Part shown: positions 1 to 11,629 of the stretch, piece by piece | Layout: each line of letters begins with the position of its first letter | Numbering within the stretch: position 1 is the first letter of the stretch | Source of the DNA: Chiloscyllium plagiosum | Taxonomy: Eukaryota | Direction of reading: 5' to 3' | Length of the DNA: 64,000 nt | Assembly: GCF_004010195.1 (NCBI RefSeq) | Contig: NC_057719.1 | Location: 44,309,054-44,373,053, forward strand | The notes under the pieces: model-generated | Told to the model about the DNA's origin: nothing | Databases searched by the model: none | The model's input: only the letters and a program-made list of their open reading frames with translations | Position numbers and translations under genes: made by a program

Positions 1-1065
1 GGGGGAAAAAATATACCCAATGCCACCCTCACCCTGATGGCCACCTTTGTGTGTGGCTGCATCAAGCTGTGTGTGGATCCCCGGTACGCAAACACCAAGT
101 GTCACTACGTACTGAGGGTTCTACCTGTCCCCGGTGTTGCGAAGGATGGGCTTGGCCTCGCTGCCGCGGAACGCTCCGAGTAGTTGGACTGTTCCGTATC
201 ACCTGTCCTTCGTGGAGAAATTTATGAAGAAAAACATCTTTGACCACAAGTCCATCAGGAAGTGGTCAGCACGAAGTGTCCTTGAGACCCTTCTGGAAAA
301 GGAGAGGGCGGATCCTATCGAGCGGTTCCCTGAGCAGACTGTCAAAGCCATTTGGCAGAATGCCTCATCGCCAGAACTTTCCAACAACCACCAAGACATG
401 GCTTGGGCTGGTGGTGAGAAGGGCTCTGCTTGTGAGATCCTTTATGCACGCCCGGACTCTCTGCCACACCACACGTGCCCTCGAAGCGGCTGCGTGGGGG
501 ACGAGACTGTCACACACCTTCTTCTGGAATGTGCCTATGCAGAGGAAGTCTGGAGAGGAATGCAGTGTTTGTCGAGGTTCGTCCCGAGCAGCGCCGTGAC
601 GCGGGACTCCGTGCTCTACGGCCTGTTCCCTGGGACGCACATCGAGATGAACATCAACTGCGCCTGGAGGATCATCAACTCGGTGAAGGACACTCTCTGG
701 GCTGTCCGAAACCTATTGATCTTCCAGCTGAAGGAGTTGACCCCGACTGAGTGTTGCTGACTGGCACATTCCAAGGTCCAGGACTACGTGTTGAGGGATG
801 CGCTGTAGCATGGGGTAGCTGCCGCCAAGGTGCGGTTGGGAAAGACCACCGTGTAACATCTGCCTGCCTAAGAAGAACAGGGGGCCCATGCAGTCATTTG
901 GGCTCTGCTGGCGCCTTAGCTAAAAATGTAATCATACCGACCTGTAAATAGGAATGATTACTCTGTTTTGGTATGCAAAGAAGTGGAATGTTTACATATG
1001 TATGGCATGTCCAGTTGTATAGATCATCAAAGTATTTATGAATAAAGTATATTTTTGAAAAAAAA
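1..1065 (+). mobile_element. 3' end of Tx1/L1-clade non-LTR retrotransposon (ORF2 C-terminus, frameshifted)
   Basis: GC-rich. ORF 134-760 contains a zf-RVT-like motif (CPRSGCVGDETVTHLLLECAYAEEVW) followed by LW..RN..IF. Ends in AATAAA and an A-run at about 1041-1065. Confidence 0.85.
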
Positions 1066-1799
1066 TTTAGTGTTGTGCTATGCATCAGTCAAACAATGCT
1101 AGCCAGGAATATTCCTTCTATGATTATAGGAAAAGCCCTTTACAGTAGATGTAATGAGAAGGAGACAAAGAAGGAAAGCTTCTGAGAACACAATAGTGAC
1201 ACTTTGGGGAAAATTCAGCCCGTTGTCTTTCTGTTGACAATAAGTGGTCATGGAAACTTCAATCCTGTGATTACAAAAACGTTAAGTCTGTGAAACTAAT
1301 CATGAATAATGAACTAGGTTATAATACATTTGAGAAGACAATGAAAAATGAAGGATATTATTTAATCCAAAAACCTGCCTGCCACCCATCTTTGATCTTC
1401 TGATTGAAAATCCCATATTCATATCTTATACCATACCCATAAGCAGCCAAGCCCAGTGTTGCCATGGAATCAAGGAAACAGGCTGTTGGAAGAGTAAAAG
1501 CAAAAAATCAATTCATATCACTTATAAATGGTAATGATTAGATCAGTAAAAAATCACATATGAAAGCCTTGCCCCAATTAAATTGTAAGCATTAACTTCA
1601 AATCTTTTCTGTCATGCCTCTATGGTTACTTATTTAAATATGGTATTGTTAATTTACTGATGAAACTAGCACTCATGAACATAAAGTGTTTTCAGATTAC
1701 AAAACAACACTACAGAGTTCCATAGTTCATGTTAATCAGATACTTACAGCATCAGCCACACATAATGTAAAAGGAAATAATTTGTCATTTTCTTAAAAT

Positions 1800-1889
1800 C
1801 TGATTAAGGGCTTATGCCCGAAACGTCGATTCTCCTGTTCCCTGGATGCTGCCTGACCTGCTGCGCTTTTCCAGCAACACATTTTCAGC
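1800..1889 (+). mobile_element. Short hammerhead-bearing repeat, family A (degenerate core)
   Basis: CTGATTA-A-GGGC ttat GCCC-GAAA-CG-TC, then a GATGCTGCCTGACCTGCTG tail shared with copies at 7866, 37426 and 52175. Confidence 0.75.
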
Positions 1890-3119
1890 AAATGGCATGG
1901 CCAGCTAATGCAGTCGGGGAAATGTCAGTTAGGGATCTGGGCACTTTTTATCCAGGGATGTCTAATTAGTTCACTCAAGGGAGTGGACCACAGTCTGTTG
2001 GCTATGTCTGTAAAAACTAAGGTGAAAGGAAGGGCAAATGGGGTTAATGCTGGAGGAATGAACCTCACTAGTTGTTCTTTAGGACTGGGGACTGCAGGCT
2101 GGGGGTGATGATAATCATGATGTAAGGGGCAGCAGTATCTGCATGGAGGAGGGTAACAGTAAAGCATGAAAAGGAACAGAGTCATGCAGGCGTGGAGCTA
2201 ATTCATGGTCCAGAGTATTATGATTTCAAGGGAAGATACCGTGAATGACCACACTTGGCATGGTCAACTCATACAGGCTGGGTGGAAAAGATGGCTAGTT
2301 GCAGACTCATGTAGAATCTTGGGTGGGGACCTGGGGAGGTGTGAAGTCTCTTGCATTTACAAGAAGAGTTACCAGGAAAGGGATTTGGATGTTTGGGGGC
2401 TCACTGAAATGCTGAAGCAGTGGCTGCAAGATTCTGACCGAGGAGTACTTACTGACTGTTGCTAACCAGCTGGAATCAAAAGTGTGTAATAGTGAAGGAA
2501 ATGGCTAATACTACACTTAGGTCAGGGTAAGTGACCCAACCTGTGAAGCAGGGGGCCTTCATGTTAGGGCTAATTAATGTTAGAGCTTTTAATGGGAAAT
2601 ATTATTGCTTACAATCCCATGTACTTCACAGGACATAGAACTATGACACCCCTAATACCTGGCTATCCTAATGCACAGTTCTTGGCTTTGTGTTGTACCT
2701 CCCTGCCACAGACATTGCTGAACAATACATTCACATTTAAATTTTTGATATGAAGGCTGTAAAAAATAGGAATGTTGTACAAGGAAGGCAGGGAGATGAA
2801 CAACCAGATGTAAGGTGGAATCAGTGAAATTGATCTTTAAAAGTGCAAAATTATGCACATTGTTATACATGCCACTAAAGTAGCTTCAATAAGCCTTCTT
2901 TTTCCTTGCCCTTCCTCTATGTCTTAGTCACTTCCTGGTTCCACAGCTGGGATAGCCAACTTGTCCATGGAGGTAGCCAGATAGCTACATGATTTGCTAC
3001 ATTACTGTAGTTTCTGGGCAATGAGTGCCACTGGGTCGCACATACTTGTATTCCAGTTTATTTCACTCTACGCATGTCAATGAAGTTGCTGACTGCCAAC
3101 ACCATAAGCTCTCCCTGTT

Positions 3120-3325
3120 TCATTGGTCTTCATATGGCACTGCTGGCCCCTCCTGCAGAATTTGGATATGGCACTGACCCAGGTAGTGACCTCAGAACAG
3201 GCTTCCAGAGGTTGGTGGTGTGGCCTCCTTTGCTGTTGTTGCCTCCTTCTGGAATGAGGACTGTTCTCCTCTGAACCATCCCCTCAAACAAAAGCTTCAG
3301 ATCTGTCTGACAATTATGGTGCCAT
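3120..3325 (-). pseudogene. Decayed Myb/SANT-like DNA-binding ORF (probably Harbinger/PIF-associated)
   Basis: Manual translation across frameshifts: MAP*..DLKLLFEGMVQRRTVLIP..RRPHHQPLEACSEVTTWVSAISKFCRRGQQCHMKTNE. Paralogous to the relic at 7712-8067. Confidence 0.6.
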
Positions 3326-5527
3326 TTTGAGCTTCTTCAACATGTTTAGACCTTTGACTAAGCAGGGCAGGTTTGGAATGCTTGTGCTCGTCTGAGTGGC
3401 CTTTTAAAAACGGCAGGGGTGCAAGAAATGATGGTCTTTGGTGGATATCTGCTGAATGTTGAGCTATTCTGGGAACAGTGTGTGGTAAAGTGGGGCTGAA
3501 ATTAGACATGCTGGATGCCATGAGGCAGACTATAATAAGGTGAACTGGCAGGATAATGCAAGATAATCCATGAAGCTTCATGGTAGAAATCCCTTCAAAA
3601 AACTGGAAGCAACTTGACTTAGCCAAATACACATAAGATTCAGCTCTTTGTGACTCCCAAGCTGCAGTATATTTTTCTAGGGTGTGATGTCTTACCTGCA
3701 AGCCTTCCTAAACCTCCATTACCAAGCCCAGCATCATCTTCAATTTCCTCCAGTTCTTCAATATCTAAGCCCAGCTGATGTAAACAGAATGCAATAAAAT
3801 TAAAATTGTTTCCAATTCAAGTTTTATATTTCAAACTGCATGTTAGTTAACTCTAGCCATGAAATATAAATTACTGGTCTCCCTTCTTTTCATTCTTTAT
3901 GTTGGATACTCACTTTCAGAATTTTTTCCTTCAAAGATCCAGTTTTTATTTCTACCTTCATGGTATGTAACTTTCCCAGTTTAGACTTAGTTGAAACTTT
4001 CAAATAATTCACTGTTATGTCTTTTGCTCCACGTACCTGTTTCTTTGAAAGAGACCTAGAATCTTTTAAATTCAATGAATTCAAATCCATACGAGTGTTT
4101 ACTTATTATGATGAAACTACTGGATAAATCAGATGCCAGAGCAAAACTTGGATTGATTGATTTTTAAAAATTTTTAATGAACATAGTGGGCAGTTACTGA
4201 ATCACAGTCACATGAACCTAACAGTTTTTATTTTAAACAAAAGAACAAAAGTTTATTACACAAGGGTTAATTTGAGAAAAAAAGGCGAGGAAGAAAAGGA
4301 AAAAGAAAAGAAAAAAAGCAGAGAATGAGGACAAACCCGGGCACAGGAACCTGGACACTGCCTACTCCGCCGCTGTCGTTATAGACAACTGTAACCTCCA
4401 GTGGCGACCATGCTGCCTATAGAGGGATAGCAGGTAAAGATCCCCCAAGGGAGCATACTGAATTACCAGACTCTGAATCCACCAGCTTCACTGTTATTAT
4501 CTACAGCTCTTAGAAACAAAATGCAGGCATGGACTAAGAATACCCCAAATCATCATCACTGAATGTGTCATCTGCTGGAGCAAGACTAGTGTTCAGAAGG
4601 AATGACAAAGGGTCCTGGATACAGAGGAAATTGGGGATAGACAGCAATCACTGAGAATGAAAATCAGAACATTGGAGGGAAATCCAAGAAACTATGATAG
4701 ACCTATGCATCATTAAGCATGAGAGGCCAGACAGCACCTAATTGAAACTGGCTTCCAACACAAATGAGACATATTTGGATTTATTTTTGTCAATTTATTT
4801 TCTGTTGGTTATATGGTGAGCCTCCTCTGCTCAAACTACAGAACATGTGGGCATCCTTATTTCTGCACTCCTTGAACTTTTCTGCTAGTGAATACTTTAT
4901 TTATTTAGTTTATTTATTCATATGAATGTATGGGTGGTAACTTTGGCTAATTCTACCTTAAAGTATTACAGGTCCTCTTCCATGCAAGAGAAAGCAGCAG
5001 TCAGTGTGACAGGGCAGTAACATCACATGGCATTTAGTTTATGTGGCTTTTAAGGATTCACTCAGAATGTGAGATCAAAGTATAGTACAGTGCACTCCTT
5101 CAAGATAGACAGTAGGTTGGAAGCAATCCTGAGGTGCTTCCTTTTCACCCATCCATCTTCAGTTAACCTTTAACATTTCAGAGGGCACACAGACTGCTGA
5201 ATTACCCAGAAATGCTTAAGCATCCTTACCCTGAGAGGGTCAAAACTTTTGCAGCCTCTCTCAACAGGTCACTGAGCAATGAGAAAGAATAGAGATGTGA
5301 ACTTCCCACTGTACATGTCCCAGCCTTGAATGGCTGTGTGCTTCCTTGAAAAGCTGAAAGGGAGAATAAAATGTTACCGCTGGAAATGAGTTGAATCATC
5401 ACTGATGCTGTGCCCTCATTCACAGGCTAGGTGTAAGTCTGAATGACCCTACATAGGGCAGGGCCCTACCTCAATCCCTGCACATTGATTTTAGTGTCAG
5501 TGGTGTCCACATTAATGTACAATACCT

Positions 5528-6005
5528 TGAATGCTGTTGTGAAACTTGAAAGGGTTCAGAAAATATTTACAAGAGTGTTGCCAGGGTTGGAGGATTTGAG
5601 CTATAGGGAGAGGTTGAATAGGCTGGGGCTGTTTTCCCTGGAACATCGGAGGCTGAGGCTTATAAAATCATGAGGGGCATGGATAGGGCGAATAGACAAT
5701 GTCTTTTCCTTGGGGTGGGGGAGTGCAGAACTAGAGGGCATAGGTTTAGGGTGAGAGGAAAAAGGTAAAAGAGACCTAAGGGACAATTTTTTCATGCAGA
5801 AGGTGGTGTGTGTATGGAATGGGCTGCCAGAGGAAGTGATGGAGGCAACATTTAAAAAGCATCAGGATGGGTATATGAATAGGGAGGGTTTAGAGGGATA
5901 TGGGCTGGGTGCTGGCAGGTGGGATGAGATTAGGTTGGGATATCTGATCAGCATGGACGGGTTGGACTGAAGGGTCTGTTTCCATGCTGTATGTCTCTAT
6001 GACTG
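5528..6005 (+). mobile_element. CR1-type LINE 3' fragment
   Basis: VKLERVQKIFTRVLPGLEDLSYRERLNRLGLFSLE; ends in a CTCTATGACT tail. Confidence 0.9.
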
Positions 6006-6379
6006 TAACTATGTGCTCATTCAAGGATCAATGACATTCAAGTCTGAGGTCAAACACCCAGTTGCTTGTGTGAGAGGATCAATGCCTGGCCATTAAACGT
6101 CTTTCATCCTTGGCATGTAAAAAGTGGATAACCATCTCTCAATGACAAAGATACTATTGTAGACATTTTAACAGTGTAAGTGAAGATATATTTACAAAAA
6201 GAAATTGCTGACAATGTCACTTGTGTCACTATGTGTACTGAGCAGATTTTTTTCTTCTTTCTGCATCTAAGTGCAGTCTCAGCTTCTGTTACATGGGTTG
6301 ACAAACCCTGCTCTGTAGTTGGTCCTGTTAACCTGGAAGACTTGACCTGAGTAGTTTGGGCCTAGAGGTTCCAGGCCTG

Positions 6380-6453
6380 CTGGGAATGTCCTGCCCTGAT
6401 ACAGATTTACCATTCCTACTGGGAATGTCCTGCCAGATACAAGTTTACCATTC
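6380..6453. repeat. Tandem duplication, about 39-bp period
   Basis: CTGGGAATGTCCTGCC..GATACA..TTTACCATTC occurs at 6380 and 6419. Confidence 0.85.
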
Positions 6454-6486
6454 TTGGCTTGAACTTGTGCAGGTTTTAAACATCAC

Positions 6487-6552
6487 AGGCAGGGGTGAAG
6501 TGGAGTGTCCCAAGAGGAAGCTTATTGCAGTTCTGTATATGGCTCTTCCTCC
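6487..6552 (+). repeat. 66-bp exact duplicate of 7425-7490
   Basis: AGGCAGGGGTGAAGTGG...GGCTCTTCCTCC is identical at both positions. Confidence 0.9.
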
Positions 6553-7711
6553 TTCTCAGCAGCTAACATCTACTAAGCACCACCAACTGGAGTGATGGAG
6601 TACAAGTTTATGCATATTTCTGGAAGACATTGCATATGCTGGACCAAGGTCTTCATGGTGTTGGTCAGCCTGTCCATGGAGGCAACCACTGCATGATTGC
6701 CAAGCCAGCACAGCATTGATAGTGCTGGTGAACTTCTCCATCTGTTGAATCTGACGAATCTGCCTAAGGCTCTTGAGACTCTGTGCTCTGACAAAGTCAT
6801 TTAATGGTCAAGACCATGGAATAGTCTGTGCATGCATTGCCTGATCTTTGGCAGCCTGCTAAGTGTCAGAGACTTGAGCATTTCTTCCTTGACTACCTGT
6901 AGAAACATGCCAGTGATTGGCTCAACAGATTATATTCCCAATTCTAACACAGAAACAGCACTCACTGAGCAGAAAGTCTGATCTGATGGAGGGTGCAGAA
7001 CCTTGCTGATACATCCTCTAAGGGTTGAGTGTCTTCCTCCTCAGACATGGAAGTGGAGCTAAGGGTTTCCAGTGCTGGCTTCACTCTCATGGTGGTTATC
7101 TGGGTCTTACTACTGTCTGCAAAATGGTAGAGAGGGAATTAGTTATGTAAAATGGCTGAAAGCTGACCGGGACAAGAATGAGTTGTACTGGCGAGGTCAG
7201 TGAAGCATAGCGCCACAAAGTTTACTCATTTGTTTGCTCATGGAGATTTTGTTGCTTCAAAATGAATGCTCAACCACTTCTCCAGCCAGCTGCAGAATGT
7301 TTCTTCATATAAGGCAGTGAGTTTACTGTTTGTTACCCTGCTGCCGATCTTTGCTGTTTCTGCTTGATTATGACACTTTTTTTTCTGGAATGAGACAGAG
7401 GGAAGACTGATTATGTTAGAAGTGAGGCAGGGGTGAAGTGGAGTGTCCCAAGAGGAAGCTTATTGCAGTTCTGTATATGGCTCTTCCTCCATGGGGGAGG
7501 CTTTAGTGGTGGTGCAGGGGTAAGAGTAACGAGGAAGCTTAGAGGGCAGGAAGGGCTAATATTTTGGGAGGATGAGGTGGCTGAGAGTTGATGAATGTGA
7601 AGGTTGCAATTCTATGAGCCTTGGTGAGAGATGTTTGCAGTGGCAAAGTTCAAGTGAGTAGTGGTGATCCTGTGAGTATGAAGCAGCAGAGAGACGATAA
7701 CAGTATGTAAC

Positions 7712-8067
7712 CTTGTGCGGTGCAGAATGTCATTCATCTTCTTCCCTCACTGCTGGACATTTGTTTTAACCTTAGCAACTGACTGTCCTGGGCTTCCACC
7801 TCAGACCAGACTGGCTGTGTCCAGTGGTGTGGCCTCCTTTGCCAGCTAGCAGGAGAACAACTAGGAGAAAGTGAGGACTGCAGATCAGAGTTGAGAGTGT
7901 GGTGCTGGAAAAGCACAGTAGGTTAGGCAGCATCCGAGGAGCAGAAGAATCGATGTTTTGGGCATAAGCCCTTCATCAGGAACTGCCTTTCTTAAAGCCA
8001 TCCTGTGTATGAACACCTCCTGGTGCCTGTCATTAAGTCGAAGAGGTAACTTGCCTTTCTGGGCTAT
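7712..8067 (-). pseudogene. Decayed Myb/SANT-like ORF split by a hammerhead-bearing repeat
   Basis: IAQKGKLPLRLNDRHQEVFIHRMALRKAV | insertion 7866-7982 | WQRRPHHWTQPVWSEVEAQ..NVQQ*GKKMNDILHRT, ending at a GT at 7710-7711. Confidence 0.6.
7866..7982 (-). mobile_element. Short hammerhead-bearing repeat, family A
   Basis: Minus strand reads TTC-CTGATGA-A-GGGC ttat GCCC-AAAA-CA-TC; GAAA and CG have decayed in a CpG-type pattern. Confidence 0.75.
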
Positions 8068-8487
8068 GTTATTTGGGATATGAGTGCAGGACTGGAGCAG
8101 TAAAAACAGCTCATGGATTGCAGCATCTGAAGTGCTGTGCAGCTGGGGTTTAAATATGGTGCTCGTGGTAAGAACATCACAAAGTGCCAGCACTTCTGCC
8201 TCTTCTTCCACATAATCCACAAGCACTGTAGAGGCTGAATGCCCAAAAGTAATGAAAGTCAAAAGTGAAGGATTACATGAAAAAGTCAACATGGGCCATT
8301 GTAGGATGTCTGTCGTGAAACTCACCAAAAACGAACAGGCAAAAAATGGAAACATGCAGGCTATTGTCTTGAACCAACAACTCAACAGCACGTTTCATCT
8401 TCTCCTAAAGTACATGGACAATCCCAATGCAGTATAAATTTGACATAGCTGATGTGATCACCTGATGTACAAGCTGCAACTCAAAAT

Positions 8488-8987
8488 NNNNNNNNNNNNN
8501 NNNNNNNNNNNNNNNNNNNNNNNNNNNNNNNNNNNNNNNNNNNNNNNNNNNNNNNNNNNNNNNNNNNNNNNNNNNNNNNNNNNNNNNNNNNNNNNNNNNN
8601 NNNNNNNNNNNNNNNNNNNNNNNNNNNNNNNNNNNNNNNNNNNNNNNNNNNNNNNNNNNNNNNNNNNNNNNNNNNNNNNNNNNNNNNNNNNNNNNNNNNN
8701 NNNNNNNNNNNNNNNNNNNNNNNNNNNNNNNNNNNNNNNNNNNNNNNNNNNNNNNNNNNNNNNNNNNNNNNNNNNNNNNNNNNNNNNNNNNNNNNNNNNN
8801 NNNNNNNNNNNNNNNNNNNNNNNNNNNNNNNNNNNNNNNNNNNNNNNNNNNNNNNNNNNNNNNNNNNNNNNNNNNNNNNNNNNNNNNNNNNNNNNNNNNN
8901 NNNNNNNNNNNNNNNNNNNNNNNNNNNNNNNNNNNNNNNNNNNNNNNNNNNNNNNNNNNNNNNNNNNNNNNNNNNNNNNNNNNNNNN
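8488..8987. other. Assembly gap (500 N)
   Basis: Run of N. Confidence 1.
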
Positions 8988-9713
8988 GAAAAAGACCTTG
9001 GCTATTCACTTACCTATGGCCCTCAAAATTCAAACCTTTATTAGGCCATCTTTCAATCTCCTACAATCCAGTGATAAAAGTTCCCACCAATGCAGCCTGT
9101 CTTTATAACTCCATACCTCCAGATAACATCCTGGTAAATATTTTCTGCACCCTCTCCAATTTAATAATATCCTTCCTATAGCAGGGCAACCAAAACAGTA
9201 CACAGTACTCGAAAAATGGCCTCACCAATGTCCTGTACAACCACATGACATCCTAACTCCAATACACAAATATCTGAGCAATGAATGCAAACGTGCGAAA
9301 CGCCTTCTTAACCCATCCTGTCTACCTGTGACACAAACTTCAAAGAATTACATAACTGAACCCTAGGTCCCTCTATTCTGCAAAACTACTTTAATTGTAT
9401 AAGTGCTACTTTAATTGCCCTACCTCAATTGTACAAGTGCTATCTTTGTTTGTATTCTCATATACAATCACTCACATTTATCCAAATTAAATGCTATCTG
9501 CCACTCCTCAGCCCACTGACCCAAATGATCAAAATCTCTTTATAACCTTAAATAACTTTCTTCACTGTCACCAAATTCATCAATGTTGATGTCATCTGCA
9601 AACTAACTAATCATACCTCCTATATGCTCATTCAAATCATTTATATAAATGACAAACAGGCCTCCAATCCAAAATAAAACCTCCCACTACCACTCTCTGT
9701 CTCCTTGCATCAA

Positions 9714-9926
9714 GATTTGGAGATGACGGTGTTGGACTGGGGTGTACAAAGTTAAAAATCACAGAACACCAGGTTATAGTCCAACAGGTTTAATTGGAAG
9801 CACTAGCTTTTGGAGTGGTGCTCCTTCATCAGGTGGCTCTACAACCACTTGATGAAGGAGCAGCGCTCCGAAAGTTAGTGCTTCCAATTAAATCTGTTGG
9901 GACTATAACCTGGTGTTGTGTGATTT
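9714..9926. mobile_element. Palindromic Penelope-type mini-element with two opposed hammerhead motifs, family B
   Basis: Arms 9756-9836 and 9845-9926 are inverted copies. Imperfect TSD CCTTGCATCAA (9703-9713) / CCTACCATCAA (9927-9937). Confidence 0.8.
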
Positions 9927-9953
9927 CCTACCATCAACTCAATTTTGTAACCA

Positions 9954-10216
9954 CATTTGGAGTACTGTGTGCAGTTCTGGTCGCCTCACTTTAGGAAAGA
10001 GGTGGAAGCTTTGGAGAGGGTGCAGAGAAGATTTACCAGGATGTTGCGTGGTGGGGGCATGGAATGCGCTGCCTGTGGGAGTGGCAGAGTCAGAATCTTT
10101 GGTAACCTTTAAGCGGCAATTGGATAGGTACATGGATGGGTGCTTAAGCTAGGACAAATGTTCGGCACAACATCGTGGGCCGAAGGGCCTGTTCTGTGCT
10201 GTATTGTTCTATGTTC
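9954..10216 (+). mobile_element. Internally deleted CR1 3' end
   Basis: Encodes [14 protein letters not shown] sequence and ends in a GTTCTATGTTC tail; TAACCA flanks both sides. Confidence 0.75.
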
Positions 10217-10419
10217 TAACCAATTGGCAAGCTGTCCCTGAATCCCACGTGATCTAACTTTACTGACCAGTCGACCATGCGGAATCTTGCCAAAGGCCTT
10301 ACTAATGCTAGGCTAAAAGCAGCTATCTAGTCTAACCCCATCTCCTTGTAGGTAAGGACATCTCAAATATACATTAAAATATTTTAAAAAATGTTTTCTG
10401 TGTCAGCTTCTGTCAACCT

Positions 10420-11050
10420 TTCGTGCAATGAATTCTGACCCCAGAACTTTTTGGATGAAAATAACGCAACTCTCTTCAAATACTTCCACCAATTACTTTA
10501 AAAGAAGCTCCTGCTTAATGACTACTCTGCAAACAGAAATAAGTTTCTTTCGATCCATTCTAGTCAAGCTGCTCAAAAATATATGCATCTCAATTAAACT
10601 TCTTCTCAGCCTCTGCTGTTTCAAAGAAAATCCTGCCTATCCCATATTTCTTCATGATGAAAATTCTTAATTCTAGGCAAATCTTCATAGGCCTGTTAAG
10701 TATTCACTATGTGGTCACATTCTGCCTATATTGTAGAATATGCAATACTCCAGCTGTAGTTTACCAGTGTATTATATAATTCTAATGTAACTTCCCTGTT
10801 CTTTAAGCTAGGCCTCAGCCAATAAAAGAAAATATCCATATAACTTCTTGACTATTTATCTACCTGTCCTTGTATGTATACTTGCAAAGTCCCACTACAC
10901 TGCACAGAATGCTACCACCTTTAGTTTTTCCCTCACTTTGTTTGCCATTCAAAAATACATTATCATACTTTTCTGGATTAAATCCCATTTGCCACTTTGC
11001 TGCCTACTTTACCAGTCCATTGGTATCTTTCAGCAGTATACAGCTTTCTT
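10420..11050 (-). mobile_element. Old CR1 fragment
   Basis: Degenerate reverse-complement similarity to the CR1 3' region seen elsewhere in the window. Confidence 0.55.
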
Positions 11051-11629
11051 CTTGTTTTTTTTTAATATTCGTGTCATATGGGCACAACAAAGTTGTTGTC
11101 AGGAAGAGTGTTCCAGGATTTTGAGTCAAAGACTGAAAGTATTACAATAAATGTACAAGTCAGCATAGTGTGCAACTTGAAGATGCGGTGATCACATGCA
11201 TTTTCTGCTCTTCTCTTCTCGGTGCTAGAAGTCATTGGTGTGGACAGACTTGTCAAAAGGTCACTTAGTGACAAGTTGCAGTGTATCTTGTAGATGGAAC
11301 ACATTGCTACAAGTACATGTGGAAGAAGTGAATGTTTATGATAGTCAACTGCATGCCAATCCAATGGGTTGTTTTATCCTGAATAGTGCTGAATGTCTTT
11401 AGTGTTGTTACAGCTGCACTCATCCAGGCACAAAACTATTCCATTACAGTCCCCTGGTTTGTGGTTTGTAGATGGTGGAAAGGCTGTGCAGAATCAGGGA
11501 GTTACTTTATGCAAAATTCTTAGACCATGATTTGCTCTTGCAGCCACAATGCAAATAAATGGTTGGTGTAGTTAAGTTTTTGGTCAGTCGTAACCCACAA
11601 ATTGTTGACTGTGAGGGATTCAGTAATGA

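Larger units (their letters stand above)
8988..10305 (-). mobile_element. CR1 LINE fragment hosting two nested insertions
   Basis: Reverse complement of CR1 RT (GTCATCTGCAAAC encodes FADD). Continuity resumes after the inserts at 9714-9926 and about 9954-10216. Confidence 0.8.

Noticed and set aside
8458..9181. Long ORFs 8458-9009 and 8465-9181
   Set aside because: Artefacts of the 500-N gap.
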